Notes: generated from the letters alone by a model not told the origin. A DNA stretch of 64,000 nucleotides from Candidatus Latescibacterota bacterium (GCA_965220765.1 OZ244847.1:3200699-3264698); one strand, 5' to 3'. Shown: positions 39,957 to 50,240, counted from the first letter of the stretch. A program made the numbers and translations.

Positions 39957-39988
39957 AAAAGGGCATTTGAGAAAATGCCCTTTTTTTC
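39957..39988 (+). terminator. Rho-independent terminator ending the DUF362-PPTase-ABC operon
   Basis: Perfect 12-bp stem AAAAGGGCATTT/AAATGCCCTTTT with a T-run. Confidence 0.65.
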
Positions 39989-40090
39989 TTGTATGGTCAG
40001 TCTCGAATCACTAACTTGTCGAAACTCGGTGAGATATTTATGCGTCTCTTTATCAGCAAATCATTTTAATCCGGTTATCTGGAGGTTTTT

Positions 40091-41845
40091 ATGCGAAAGA
40101 AAATAGGTCGAATTTTGGCGTGGATTGGTGGGATTACGGTTGGGCTGGTCGTCCTGATCATCTTGTCAGTTGTATTGTTCTCCGGCGAAGATCCCGTGCC
40201 CGATCAGGTAATTCTGGAGATCAATCTGGAGCAGGGGATTGCGGAGTATGTGCCCGAAGATCCGTTTGCAAAATTGATCGCAGACGAAACGCGCTCGCTG
40301 CGCGATGTAATAGGTGCTTTAGACGCGGCGGCTTCAGATGACCGCGTTGTGGGATTGCTGGCTCGTGGGGGCGGCGCGCCGATGGGCTTTGCACAGGCAC
40401 AAGAAATAAGAGATGCGGTTCTGGCTTTTGGAAAAAGCGGAAAACCCACCGCGATTTTTGCCGAGACATTTGGCGAATTTGGATCGGGAAATATCGGATA
40501 TTATCTGGCGACGGCATTTGAGCGCATCTATCTCCAGCCCTCGGGCGATGTGGGTTTGATGGGACTGGCGATGGAGCATCCCTTTGTCAGGGGAACATTG
40601 GATTCGCTTGGGATTGGGGTGCAAATGGATCACCGGTATGAATATAAAAATGCAATGAACCTATATACCGAAACCAAATTTACAGACGCGCATCGCGAGG
40701 CGAGTGAAGCACTTTTAAAGTCGATGGTCGATCAGATGGTCCTGGGTATTTCTCGGGCGCGGGGTACAACGCCCGAAGCTGTCCGCGACCTCATCAATCG
40801 CGGGCCTTTTTTGGCATTATCTGCCCATGCCGAAGGCCTGATAGATAGCCTGGCGTATTGGGATGAAGTACGCGATCTGGTGAAGCGCGAGCATGGCGAA
40901 GATTCCAAATGGTTGGATATAAAAAATTATCTCAAGCGTAGCGATGAAAAGCCATATAGTGAAGGTACAAAGGTGGCGTTGATATACGGCGTGGGACCTG
41001 TGCTTCGCGGGAAGAGTGCCTACGATCCCTTATATGGGTCTGCTACAATGGGCGCGAGTACCCTGACCAGTGCTTTTCGCGATGCAGTAAAGGATAAGGA
41101 TGTGCGTGCAATCCTGTTTCGAATAGACTCTCCCGGTGGGTCTTACGTTGCTTCTGATGCGATCTGGCGCGAGGTTGCCAAAGCGAAGAAGGCGGGCAAA
41201 CCCGTGATTGTATCAATGGGCAATGTGGCCGGTTCTGGAGGATATTTTGTGGCGATGAATGCCGATAAGATTGTGGCGCAACCCGGTAGCATCACGGGAT
41301 CCATTGGGGTATTAGCGGGAAAGTTCGTGACAACTGAATTTTGGAAACGCCTGGGCATTACCTGGGATACGGCGCAGGTGGGTGAAAACGCGCTGATATG
41401 GGGCACGGGTGCAGAATTTACACCCGAACAATGGGCGAAATTTCAGACGTGGTTAGATCGCATTTACGAAGATTTTACAGCAAAGGTGGGCGAGGGGCGC
41501 GACATGTCACAGGCTGATGTCCACGCTGTGGCAAAGGGGCGAATCTGGACTGGGGAGGACGCCAAAGCGCATGGCCTGATCGATGAATTGGGCGGCTTGA
41601 AGACCGCGATGCGTCTGATTCGGGAGGCATTGGAATTGGAAGCTGATGAATCTCTCAACCTCGTGGTATTTCCGAAAGAAAAGACGCTGATAGAACAGGT
41701 GATGGAAAAAGGCCTGATCCGCACGCTGAGCAATGGCGATGAGTTGGTAAGACTCGCCGCAGAATTGCAACCCGTTTTTCGCTTTGCGCGCACAGTGGGG
41801 CAACCACGACAGGTTTTGGAGATGACACCCATGAATATTCGGTAA
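40091..41845 (+). CDS. sppA: Signal peptide peptidase SppA (protease IV, 67K type)
   Basis: N-terminal TM anchor and two ClpP/crotonase-like repeats with the catalytic-region motif SMGNVAGSGGYFVAM. Confidence 0.85.
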   Translation: MRKKIGRILAWIGGITVGLVVLIILSVVLFSGEDPVPDQVILEINLEQGIAEYVPEDPFAKLIADETRSLRDVIGALDAAASDDRVVGLLARGGGAPMGFAQAQEIRDAVLAFGKSGKPTAIFAETFGEFGSGNIGYYLATAFERIYLQPSGDVGLMGLAMEHPFVRGTLDSLGIGVQMDHRYEYKNAMNLYTETKFTDAHREASEALLKSMVDQMVLGISRARGTTPEAVRDLINRGPFLALSAHAEGLIDSLAYWDEVRDLVKREHGEDSKWLDIKNYLKRSDEKPYSEGTKVALIYGVGPVLRGKSAYDPLYGSATMGASTLTSAFRDAVKDKDVRAILFRIDSPGGSYVASDAIWREVAKAKKAGKPVIVSMGNVAGSGGYFVAMNADKIVAQPGSITGSIGVLAGKFVTTEFWKRLGITWDTAQVGENALIWGTGAEFTPEQWAKFQTWLDRIYEDFTAKVGEGRDMSQADVHAVAKGRIWTGEDAKAHGLIDELGGLKTAMRLIREALELEADESLNLVVFPKEKTLIEQVMEKGLIRTLSNGDELVRLAAELQPVFRFARTVGQPRQVLEMTPMNIR

Positions 41846-41856
41846 TAAGGGAGGGA

Positions 41857-42618
41857 ATGATGATTACCGCAGATTTTGAAGCGTATTTGACAGATGACTG
41901 GTATGGACAGCAAATAACGGTTGATGCTTTGCTGGAATGTGAGGCCGAAGCGGGATTTGAGATGGCGGTGGTAATGCCGCAGACCAAACCTCTTCCGGAT
42001 AATGATGGGTTGCTCGACAAGACAGCGGGACACCCCCAGCTTTTGCCCTGTCCGCTCATAGATCCGCATTGGGGTGAAGAAGGGATTGCCGCTTTGAAGA
42101 CGTATGTCGATCGCGGTGCTCAGGGCGTGAAGTTGATGGGTGCTATTCACAAGTACAATGTGGATGATCCCATGGTCATTCCGTTTGTCGAGTCTGCTCG
42201 AGACCTGGGGATTGTGGTATCGATTCATTCGGGGCGCGACAACTGCAGTGCTGAGCGCATTGGCAATGTGGCGCGACAAGTGCCCGGCGTGCCAATTATT
42301 ATGGATCACATGGGCTTTCCCGATGGGTTTGATACAGCCCTTGATGTGTGCCGAGAATGTCCCGATGTATATCTGGGTACAACGATTCTGCGATTTCACA
42401 AGTTGTGGGCTATTAATCCCGAAGAAACCGTGCCGCATGAGGTCAAACAGGCTGTTGAAGAATTGGGGGCCGAACGGATTGTTTTTGGATCCAATTTGCC
42501 GGAATATCGCCCGATTCAGGTCAAGCGGGCAATTCAGCGGTTGGAATTGGGTGACGAAGCGGAAACTCTGATCTTCGGAGGGAATTTGGGCCGGATTTAC
42601 GGAATTGGAGGCAGTTGA
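41857..42618 (+). CDS. Amidohydrolase-2 family metal-dependent hydrolase (TIM barrel)
   Basis: VSIHSG...IIMDHMGFP histidine/aspartate metal-ligand pattern of the amidohydrolase_2 family. 253 aa. Confidence 0.65.
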   Translation: MMITADFEAYLTDDWYGQQITVDALLECEAEAGFEMAVVMPQTKPLPDNDGLLDKTAGHPQLLPCPLIDPHWGEEGIAALKTYVDRGAQGVKLMGAIHKYNVDDPMVIPFVESARDLGIVVSIHSGRDNCSAERIGNVARQVPGVPIIMDHMGFPDGFDTALDVCRECPDVYLGTTILRFHKLWAINPEETVPHEVKQAVEELGAERIVFGSNLPEYRPIQVKRAIQRLELGDEAETLIFGGNLGRIYGIGGS

Positions 42619-42640
42619 TCATTGGTTTGTAAGACGTGAA

Positions 42641-42672
42641 AAGGGCGACCTGTGGGTACGCCCTTTTTTATT
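42641..42672 (+). terminator. Rho-independent terminator after the amidohydrolase gene
   Basis: AAAAGGGCGACC...GGTACGCCC hairpin followed by TTTTTTATTTTT. Confidence 0.55.
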
Positions 42673-42905
42673 TTTCACCTTATATCTGTATTCATCGGTG
42701 GTTTTTTTCTGATTTTCCTTGATTTTTTTTCATAAACTTGTTTAAATTTTTGGTCTTAAAAAATTAGTCGTCCTTCCCTCTTTACTCTTCAGGGTATGGA
42801 CAGTTTTCGTCACGAGCCAAATCTGTGCCGTTGGCAGTGTTGGGCGAGTGCCAACCGCTGTACGCAGGGCATAGCTTAACTCACACATAGGAGGTTAATT
42901 CCAGA

Positions 42906-43850
42906 ATGATTCGAGTTGAGAATTTGGAGAAGTATTACGGCGATATTCATGCACTCAAGGGCATTGATTTTGAGATTGACGACGGAGAAATCGTCGGGTT
43001 CCTGGGTGCAAATGGCGCGGGTAAATCTACGACATTGAAAATCATGACAGGCTTTTTAGCACCAAGTGCTGGCAATGTATTTATAGACGATCTGAATATT
43101 CAGGACAATTCGCTGGATATTCGCGAGCAAATCGGCTATTTGCCCGAAATGAATCCCCTGTACGGGGAAATGAGAGTGTATGACTATCTCGAGTTTATAT
43201 CTCAAGTTCGCAGTATAGACGCAGGAGAGTTCAAACCGGCTTTGGATCGCGTGGTCGAACAATGTGGTTTGCGCGATGTGATTCATCTGCCCATCTCTGC
43301 GTGTTCAAAGGGTTATAAACAGCGGGTCGGGCTGTCTGCCGCGATTTTGCACGATCCCAAGGTATTGATCTTTGATGAGCCGGTCTCCGGGCTGGATCCC
43401 AACCAGATTGTGGAGATTCGGAACCTGATTCGAGAATTGGGTCAGCAGAAGATGGTGATTATCTCCAGTCATATTTTGCAAGAGATTGAAGCCACTGTGG
43501 ATCGCATTGTAATTATTGATCACGGCGAAATTGTGGCCAATGGGACGAGTCAAGAATTGATGGCGGGATTTATGGGGCGCACGCAACTGACGCTCGATGT
43601 AAAATACGCCAGTGAAGAGAGTCTGGCTGCGTTGCCCAACAGCGTTGATGAGGTCGAAGTCGCAAATATAGAGATGGTAGATGGACGCAGTGTTTTGTCG
43701 ATAGAATACGCCCGAGAGGCGGATCCCCGCGAGGCGATTTTTGATTATGCCAAAAACAGTGGTTGGGCCATTTTGGAGATGACGCAAAATCAAGTTCTCC
43801 TCGAAGATGTGTTCCGCGGATTGACAGGGGAAGGAGGGAGCGATGAATAA
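42906..43850 (+). CDS. ABC transporter ATP-binding protein (GldA-like)
   Basis: Walker A GANGAGKST, signature VSGLDP region, Walker B LIFDEP. 314 aa, first gene of a four-gene cluster. Confidence 0.75.
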   Translation: MIRVENLEKYYGDIHALKGIDFEIDDGEIVGFLGANGAGKSTTLKIMTGFLAPSAGNVFIDDLNIQDNSLDIREQIGYLPEMNPLYGEMRVYDYLEFISQVRSIDAGEFKPALDRVVEQCGLRDVIHLPISACSKGYKQRVGLSAAILHDPKVLIFDEPVSGLDPNQIVEIRNLIRELGQQKMVIISSHILQEIEATVDRIVIIDHGEIVANGTSQELMAGFMGRTQLTLDVKYASEESLAALPNSVDEVEVANIEMVDGRSVLSIEYAREADPREAIFDYAKNSGWAILEMTQNQVLLEDVFRGLTGEGGSDE

Positions 43851-44556
43851 TGTAATGGCGATTTATCGCAAAGAAGTCGGCGCGTATTTCAAGAGTCCCA
43901 TGGCGTATATTTTTCTGGTGTTTTTCGCCCTGTTTAACGGCTATTTCTTTAGCAACACGTTCTTCCTGTTCAGTCAGTCCGATATGCGGGCGTTATTTAA
44001 TATTACGCCGATGATTTATCTGATTTTTGTGCCCGCAGTCACGATGGGGGTGCTTGCACGCGAAAAAAGTGCGGGCACATACGAGTTGATGGCGACACTT
44101 CCGATTAAAAATTTTGAACTTGTGATTGGGAAGTATTTGTCCGCATTTACCCTGGTGTTGGCCGGGCTGGGTTTTACGCTGATACATTTTTTCACGCTTT
44201 TGGTCGTTGGTACAAATATCGACTACGGCGGCATAATCTGTGGGTATTTGGGACTGGCTCTGGTAGGTGCATTTTACGCAGCTATTGGCACGTTCACAAG
44301 TAGTTTGACGGATAATCAGGTCGTTGCATTTATTCTCGCTGCGGTATTTGTTTTGGGATTTTATCTTCTCGACAAATTGCTGATTTTTGTGCCGGTGGCT
44401 CTTGCTGGGCCCATTCAGTTTATGGCGGTCGATTACCATTTGTCCAATATGTCGCGTGGAGTTGTCGATTCCCGCAATCTGGTGTATTTCGGATCGCTGA
44501 TATGGTTGTTTTTGGCGCTTACAGTGCGCGTCATTGATATGCGGAAGTGGAGGTGA
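43843..44556 (+). CDS. ABC-2 type permease (GldF-like)
   Basis: 237-aa six-TM ABC-2 permease overlapping the ATPase gene by 8 nt. Confidence 0.7.
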   Translation: MNNVMAIYRKEVGAYFKSPMAYIFLVFFALFNGYFFSNTFFLFSQSDMRALFNITPMIYLIFVPAVTMGVLAREKSAGTYELMATLPIKNFELVIGKYLSAFTLVLAGLGFTLIHFFTLLVVGTNIDYGGIICGYLGLALVGAFYAAIGTFTSSLTDNQVVAFILAAVFVLGFYLLDKLLIFVPVALAGPIQFMAVDYHLSNMSRGVVDSRNLVYFGSLIWLFLALTVRVIDMRKWR

Positions 44557-44558
44557 TC

Positions 44559-46067
44559 ATGCCCGTTATTGATTCCAAAAAGAGCTTTGTGATTTTTATT
44601 GTGGTGGCTATCGCACTCGTGGCACTTGGTAATCTGGTTTCTCGCAATTTTTTCTTTCGGCTGGACCTGACGGAGAATCAGATTTACTCGCTGTCGTCAT
44701 CGAGCAAGGTGATAATCGAGAAAATCGACGATTTTTTGACTGCTAAAGTCTATTTTTCCGAAAATTTGCCAGGGCAATACGGCAATACGCGGCGGTATTT
44801 GCAGGATATACTGGAAGAATACGCTGCGTATTCTGACGGCAATTTTCGGTTTGAATTTTACAGACCCGATGACGATGAACAATTGGCGCTTGATGCGCAA
44901 AAGTCCGGTATTCAGCCCGTGCAATTGCAGGTACTCGAAAACGACAAGTTTGAGGTGAAGCGCATTTATATGGGAATGGTGTTGCTCTACGGCGACAAAC
45001 GAGAGGTGTTGCCGGTTATTCAAACGACTACGGGGCTGGAATACGAGATTACAACGCGAATTAAAAAACTGGTTGACGATAACCGCTCTGTAGTTGGCGT
45101 AGCAAATACCGGGGCTTCGGCACCGGCAATGGAGCGAGTGAGTGCGCGACTTCGGGAAGCCTACGACGTGCGCTCGGTCTTTTTGAGTGCCGGCGTGCCC
45201 GACGATATTGAAATGCTGCTCGTCAATGGGGTTGTCGATTCCCTGTCTGAAGATGCACTCGGCGCGCTGAGGAGCTATATCAACTCGGGAGGGAACCTGT
45301 TTTTGGCGCAAAGCAAGATCAATGGCGATCTTCAAGCGCAGCGCGGGACGCCCATTCAGTCCAATATCTTCGAGGTGCTCGAACCCTTTGGCGTAAGCCT
45401 GGCTGACAATCTGGTAATGGATCGGATTTGTGGCACAGTGACGGTGTCACAGCAGCGCGGATTTTTGCGTTTTAATTCGGCGGTGGAGTATCCATTCTTT
45501 CCCGTATTGCAATCTTTTCCCGACCACGAAATTGTCAGTGGCTTAGAGCAAGTTCAGATGTTGTTTTCCAGTGAGATTGTTTACGATACGGCTGATTCAA
45601 CGCGTCTTGTGAAGCCGTTGTTGGTCACGTCAGACCATTCGGGCGCAGCGGCCGGGTTTATCAATCTCAACCCCATTCAAAATCAGGCATTTCAATCGCT
45701 CAACGAACCGGGCAAGGTGGTGGGAGTCTATGCGGCAGCTACCTCAGATAGCCCGGAAAATGTGATGAGCCAATTGGTGCTGGTTTCTACATCCGACTTT
45801 CTACTCGACAGCGGGGGAGGACAGGTGCCAGCCAATGGGATCTTTGTGATGAATACAGTGGATGTGCTCATTGGCGACCGCGACCTCGTGGCTTTGAGAT
45901 CGCGTGAGATTACAACGCGACCGTTGCAAACTGTGGAGGATACGACTCGAACCACTGTGAAAACCCTCAATATTGTGCTGCCCGTGCTGTTGGTCATTGT
46001 TTTAGGTCTGGTACAGTGGCGGCTTGTGGTGGCGCGTGCAAAGCGATTGGAGGCACTCTATGAGTAA
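44559..46067 (+). CDS. GldG-like ABC transporter auxiliary protein
   Basis: N- and C-terminal TM anchors flank a large periplasmic domain. Position and size match GldG. Start placed at the ATG at 44559 after a GGAGGTG RBS. Confidence 0.65.
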   Translation: MPVIDSKKSFVIFIVVAIALVALGNLVSRNFFFRLDLTENQIYSLSSSSKVIIEKIDDFLTAKVYFSENLPGQYGNTRRYLQDILEEYAAYSDGNFRFEFYRPDDDEQLALDAQKSGIQPVQLQVLENDKFEVKRIYMGMVLLYGDKREVLPVIQTTTGLEYEITTRIKKLVDDNRSVVGVANTGASAPAMERVSARLREAYDVRSVFLSAGVPDDIEMLLVNGVVDSLSEDALGALRSYINSGGNLFLAQSKINGDLQAQRGTPIQSNIFEVLEPFGVSLADNLVMDRICGTVTVSQQRGFLRFNSAVEYPFFPVLQSFPDHEIVSGLEQVQMLFSSEIVYDTADSTRLVKPLLVTSDHSGAAAGFINLNPIQNQAFQSLNEPGKVVGVYAAATSDSPENVMSQLVLVSTSDFLLDSGGGQVPANGIFVMNTVDVLIGDRDLVALRSREITTRPLQTVEDTTRTTVKTLNIVLPVLLVIVLGLVQWRLVVARAKRLEALYE

Positions 46068-46665
46068 TTTAAAATGGCTTCTCATCGGGATTGCAGTACT
46101 GCTGGGTCTTTACGCACTTTTGCAGGTACGAGAGAGCGGATATACGACCCCTTCAGGCCTGGTCTTTCCCGAAAATACTGATAATATTTACAAGGTTGAA
46201 ATGACGACAGAGGGCGATAGTCTGACGCTGCAAAAGAAAGATCTCGAGTGGACGATTGTGGGACACGATACTCTGAAAGTTCGAGACCATCGGATCACGG
46301 CACTATTTGAGCAGGTACTAAAGGTGAGTCGCGAGACCCCGATGACAGACAACTTCGACAACTGGTCTAAGTATGCCGTAGATGACGCGGCGGGAACCCA
46401 TATCAAGATCTATAATGCGAAGGATGAGTTGCTCACGCACGCGGTATTTGGCAGGTCGAGTACCGATTGGGCGCGCAATTACGTGCGGATTGGCGATGGT
46501 CCTGAGGTGTATTTGACGGATCGAAGTATTGTCTATCAGGTAAGCACCGATGCGACATTCTGGGGCGAAAAACCCCCAGAACCCGCGCCCGCAGCGGTAG
46601 ATTCCGCAGATGTAGCCCCCGCACCTGTAGTGGTGGATTCTGCTAAAGCAGGGGATGATGGATAG
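46060..46665 (+). CDS. DUF4340-like protein associated with the GldAFG-type system
   Basis: N-terminal TM/signal anchor MSNLKWLLIGIAVLLGLYALL. DUF4340 typically follows gldG. Start placed at the ATG at 46060 (GGAGG RBS). Confidence 0.5.
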   Translation: MSNLKWLLIGIAVLLGLYALLQVRESGYTTPSGLVFPENTDNIYKVEMTTEGDSLTLQKKDLEWTIVGHDTLKVRDHRITALFEQVLKVSRETPMTDNFDNWSKYAVDDAAGTHIKIYNAKDELLTHAVFGRSSTDWARNYVRIGDGPEVYLTDRSIVYQVSTDATFWGEKPPEPAPAAVDSADVAPAPVVVDSAKAGDDG

Positions 46666-46695
46666 CCGTACAGGCAACGGGTTATAGTAAAAGTC

Positions 46696-46734
46696 AAAAA
46701 GGGTCACGGTTTAAATTACCATGACCCTTTTTTA
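46696..46734 (+). terminator. Rho-independent terminator
   Basis: AAAAAGGGTCA...TGACCCTTTTTT hairpin with a T-run. Confidence 0.6.
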
Positions 46735-46860
46735 TTCATTTCGATCCATTTTCTTTTTCTCTAAATATGTCTCCTTCAAAGAGATTTTTTATCTCTTTAG
46801 ACTCTGACTACGGAATCAGCACAGGCATATTAACAGAAAATGTTTGCGTAAAACTGAACA

Positions 46861-47232
46861 TCAAGCGGCTGGTAACTCATAAGGCTGAACCAAAATATCC
46901 GCCGAAATTCCAAGACCCTTATGCAACTTGCGAATCATGTTCAGTGACAGTGAACATTTTCGATTCAAAACCTCCGACACACGGGTGTCCGAACCCAGAT
47001 AGGGTTCAAGGTCACGATGAGATAAACCTTGACTCTCCATATGGTGAAGGATTGCCTCAATTGGATCCGGTGGCGGGATAGGGTAGTGCTTCTGTTCATA
47101 AACTTCAACGAGCGTGACCAAAACATCGAGTTTATCACCTTCTGGCGAACCATAAGTTGCTCCCCAAAGCCGTTCAATCTCTCTCAAAGCGGCTTCATGG
47201 TCTGACTCGGTTTTGATGGGTTTAATATCCAT
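46861..47232 (-). CDS. higA: HigA-family antitoxin (HTH)
   Basis: MDIKPIKTESDHEAALREIERLW...LSLNMIRKLHKGLGISADILVQ matches the canonical HigA-2 family. Start at the internal ATG (position 47232). Confidence 0.75.
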   Translation of the reverse strand: MDIKPIKTESDHEAALREIERLWGATYGSPEGDKLDVLVTLVEVYEQKHYPIPPPDPIEAILHHMESQGLSHRDLEPYLGSDTRVSEVLNRKCSLSLNMIRKLHKGLGISADILVQPYELPAA

Positions 47233-47242
47233 AGTTATCACC

Positions 47243-47536
47243 TCAAATCGTCGCGGCGTTGATTTTATTATATATCTGGTGTGTACCAACAAATCGAATA
47301 TAAACGATACCGTATTGATAATCAATTGCCGCGACCAACCGGTAGGCATTACCCTTGATGTTGAATATCACCCGATTGTTTTCGACAAAACTGGCATTTC
47401 GATATGTGGCTTTTACATCGGATGGCGTTTTCCAATCGGCCCGTTTCACATTGGCATACCAGGCTTTAAGCGGCTGTTCGGAATCTGCATGCGTTGCCCA
47501 AAATTCTCTCAAAGCCCTGCGTGAAATAATTCTCAT
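47243..47536 (-). CDS. higB: HigB-family toxin (mRNA interferase, RelE/ParE fold)
   Basis: MRIISRRALREFW...KAWYANVKRADWKTPSDVKATY...YRLVAAIDYQYGIVYIRFVGTHQIYNKI is the classic HigB sequence. It sits upstream of higA, i.e. reverse TA order. Confidence 0.8.
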   Translation of the reverse strand: MRIISRRALREFWATHADSEQPLKAWYANVKRADWKTPSDVKATYRNASFVENNRVIFNIKGNAYRLVAAIDYQYGIVYIRFVGTHQIYNKINAATI

Positions 47537-47543
47537 ATGCTTA

Positions 47544-48851
47544 TTATACCATTTGCCTACAGAAATCGGGAACTTCACCCCAGGTCTCGGTCGCCTCACG
47601 TATCCTTTCTTTCACCTCACGTACGAAGGCACCATCCCTATCGCGTTGGGATGCCCGCGCCGCCGACCATGTGTAGCTAATATCAAGGCCAGGTGACATG
47701 GAGATTCGATCGCGATTTGTCCGGGTCGTCTTTTCTTCAAGTGGCTGCACGTCATCGTGAGAAATCAAGCCTATGCCGCTCAGACGGTCCCAGTTGTGGC
47801 GATAAGAACCGGCATCATCTCGGTAAAGAGAGGTAATCTCCATCTCGTCGGGCTCCCACAACTCAATGTACTCATTTACCTCAAGCGACGTGTCCGCCCG
47901 GTGCAGATGTGTCGCTATGTAAGAGAAATGCAGGTTCGGTTTCAACCGCCAGCCATTGTTCTGCAACGCCAAGAGATCTGCGGCGTTATTGTGGTCATTG
48001 TACCAGAAATTCCTTGCCTGTGCCATAGTATCTCCCGGCAAGATCTGAAGCGCAATCTGCCATGATCCTGCATCATCTTGTTCTGCATAGAGCCAGATTT
48101 GCTTGAAAGATGGAAAGTTTACAGCGATGATGGGGGAGGTACGATGCCACGCTGGGGTTGGGTCAATCTCCCGTAGAATCGCTTCGCATCGCCTATTCAG
48201 GAGGTACAAATCGTCCCTACACACCGCGAAGTGATCGAATGGATTGAGCTTTCGATAGTTTTTGGGATAGGCTATGACATAATCAATGAAGTCTCGGATG
48301 ATCACCTTCTCTGCGGGACTGACCAACTCTCTCAGTTCAATGTCCGTAAGGGTACTGATGATATCTCGCCAGGCCAGAATCACTGCCTGTGGATCCACTG
48401 TGATCTGGTCCCCCAAACTCGCCGCGCTTGGCATCAACTGCCACGCTTCGACCTCAGCACCGAGCTTGCACTCGACGGTGAGGGTTAAACTCTCCTGCTG
48501 ATGCCGCCGACCCTCTGGTGCAACAAAAGTCACTACGCCATCGTATATCGCTTTTCTGTCATCCGGCCGGACACCGACATCGACATTCATATTCTCAGCG
48601 GTGATCCCAATGGCTACAAGGCGTCCTTCCTGTGCGACCAGATTTCCGGTCTGCGTTTGAACGACGCACTCCCGCTCTCTTAAGGCCGTCAATGCAGGTA
48701 TCGGTTGCTCCTGCTTGTCCCGGACGAGATCCAGAAATGCCGCACGAATGATTGGCGAGATGCGTATCAGGTTCATCAAAGCCCAGGTAAGGCGGTTTTC
48801 CTCACCTGGCGGATAGGAAAGGCCACCACCAAAAACGTTTAGCTTGTCCAT
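47544..48851 (-). CDS. Hypothetical 435-aa protein, first gene of an operon with higB-higA
   Basis: Long ORF with no recognisable motifs. Its stop is 7 nt before the higB start on the same strand. AT-rich upstream region. Confidence 0.5.
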   Translation of the reverse strand: MDKLNVFGGGLSYPPGEENRLTWALMNLIRISPIIRAAFLDLVRDKQEQPIPALTALRERECVVQTQTGNLVAQEGRLVAIGITAENMNVDVGVRPDDRKAIYDGVVTFVAPEGRRHQQESLTLTVECKLGAEVEAWQLMPSAASLGDQITVDPQAVILAWRDIISTLTDIELRELVSPAEKVIIRDFIDYVIAYPKNYRKLNPFDHFAVCRDDLYLLNRRCEAILREIDPTPAWHRTSPIIAVNFPSFKQIWLYAEQDDAGSWQIALQILPGDTMAQARNFWYNDHNNAADLLALQNNGWRLKPNLHFSYIATHLHRADTSLEVNEYIELWEPDEMEITSLYRDDAGSYRHNWDRLSGIGLISHDDVQPLEEKTTRTNRDRISMSPGLDISYTWSAARASQRDRDGAFVREVKERIREATETWGEVPDFCRQMV

Positions 48852-49244
48852 TTTGTCCTCCAGATTTGGCGTACCCCTTTAGGCCAATTTTTTTTTCTTC
48901 AAGTGTAAAAATAGCCTATTTGTCATGACCAGTCAACAGGCAGGCTGGGACAGGTCTCCATCTGCATCCAGCTATAGATGCTTAACCTTTGTTTCGCCCC
49001 CTGCGTCTTATGTAGTAAAGGGTCAAGAAAAAGGGAACGAAACCGACGACCAGAATGCGCCAGAGGATTTTTGGATCGGAGGATAAATAGGAAAAGCCCG
49101 GCGCGATTTTTCGGCGGGCTTGAAAATCGGCAAATTGTGGGCCATACGAGTAATAGCAAGCGCAATATCTGAATTTGGGATTGGAATAGATGAACACAAG
49201 AGGTATATTGGCACAAATTTATCAATCGCTAACTACTGAAATCT

Positions 49245-50204
49245 ATGGCTAAACAAATAAGAAAAAAAGGCTTTTGTGCCTACTATCTGGGCGGTTTGTT
49301 TGTCAGGATGAGCGATAACAATCTCTTTTTGCTCTGTGCTGGGTTGGCTTTTGCTACTCTTTTGTGCCTTGTGCCTCTGGTCTTTCTGATCTTCTTCGCG
49401 CTTGAGGCCATCCTGGACGTGAGAGCGATAGCTCATTTGGTCAACCAAACGGTAGATATGCTCATCCCATATCCAGAAGAGGCCGAGTATCTGAAGGAGG
49501 TTTTATCCGCGCGCGTCTCAGGTGTCCTGACCTTCAAAAAAGCTTATGGGGCCTCGGGCCTGTTGATTTTGATAGTGAGTGCCAGCAGTCTGTTCAGCAG
49601 CATGAGAACCCTGCTCAATGCGGTCTTCAAGATCGAGCATAATTTTGGGCCGAAAGAGGGAGATACAGGGCCGGTCACGGTGGGACAGTTAAAAAATATG
49701 GGTAATCCAGGACGCTGGATAAAATTCTTGCACGGAGTTTTGTCAATAGCAGTGGGCAAATTGAAAGATCTCACTATGGTACTTCTGGTAATATATATTT
49801 TTCTTCTATTAGTCCTCGCGTTGCCCATCCTATCTACCGTCATCGACACTGCTCCAGCTCTACTGCACACATATATCACCTACTTCTACGGTCTTACCTC
49901 CCTCGTCCTGATTTTTGCTGTCTTTCTGGGGCTATACTGGCTGCTCCCATACCAGAAAATCCAGATAAAGGTACTGGTTACAGGTGCTTTCTGGGCCGCT
50001 TTGCTGTGGAAATTCACCGAATGGGGCTTTGGCTATTACTTGAGTCACTTCGGTTCTATATCGTATCTGTACGGAGCTTATGTTCTGTTAGTGGTCGTAG
50101 CTTTGTGGATATATTTTTCGGCGATTATTTTTATTGCAGGTGCTCAGATCGCCCAACTATGCCGAGAAAGGCCATCTGCTGATCTTCAAAGTTCTTTGTT
50201 TTAA
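49245..50204 (+). CDS. YihY/BrkB family inner membrane protein
   Basis: 319 aa with six predicted TM helices and YihY-type conserved motifs (FFALEAIL, YGAYVLLVVVALWIYFSA). Confidence 0.75.
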   Translation: MAKQIRKKGFCAYYLGGLFVRMSDNNLFLLCAGLAFATLLCLVPLVFLIFFALEAILDVRAIAHLVNQTVDMLIPYPEEAEYLKEVLSARVSGVLTFKKAYGASGLLILIVSASSLFSSMRTLLNAVFKIEHNFGPKEGDTGPVTVGQLKNMGNPGRWIKFLHGVLSIAVGKLKDLTMVLLVIYIFLLLVLALPILSTVIDTAPALLHTYITYFYGLTSLVLIFAVFLGLYWLLPYQKIQIKVLVTGAFWAALLWKFTEWGFGYYLSHFGSISYLYGAYVLLVVVALWIYFSAIIFIAGAQIAQLCRERPSADLQSSLF

Positions 50205-50210
50205 AATAAA

Positions 50211-50240
50211 GAAGCCGAGTTTTTTGAAAAACTCGGCTTC
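50211..50240. terminator. Perfect palindromic bidirectional terminator (GAAGCCGAGTTTTT tga AAAAACTCGGCTTC)
   Basis: 14-bp perfect inverted repeat between convergent yihY (+) and the TonB-dependent receptor (-). Confidence 0.65.

Noticed and set aside
41464-42438. 324-aa minus-strand ORF
   Set aside because: It is antisense to the sppA 3' end and the amidohydrolase gene. No family resemblance.
46767-47081. 104-aa plus-strand ORF
   Set aside because: It overlaps higA-2 in antisense and has no RBS.
48982-49197. 71-aa minus-strand ORF in the 48.85-49.24 kb intergenic region (hydrophobic C-terminus), plus a hairpin at about 49092-49125
   Set aside because: No RBS, and it overlaps a probable promoter region for the 435-aa gene. 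Insufficient support, but a small membrane peptide cannot be excluded.
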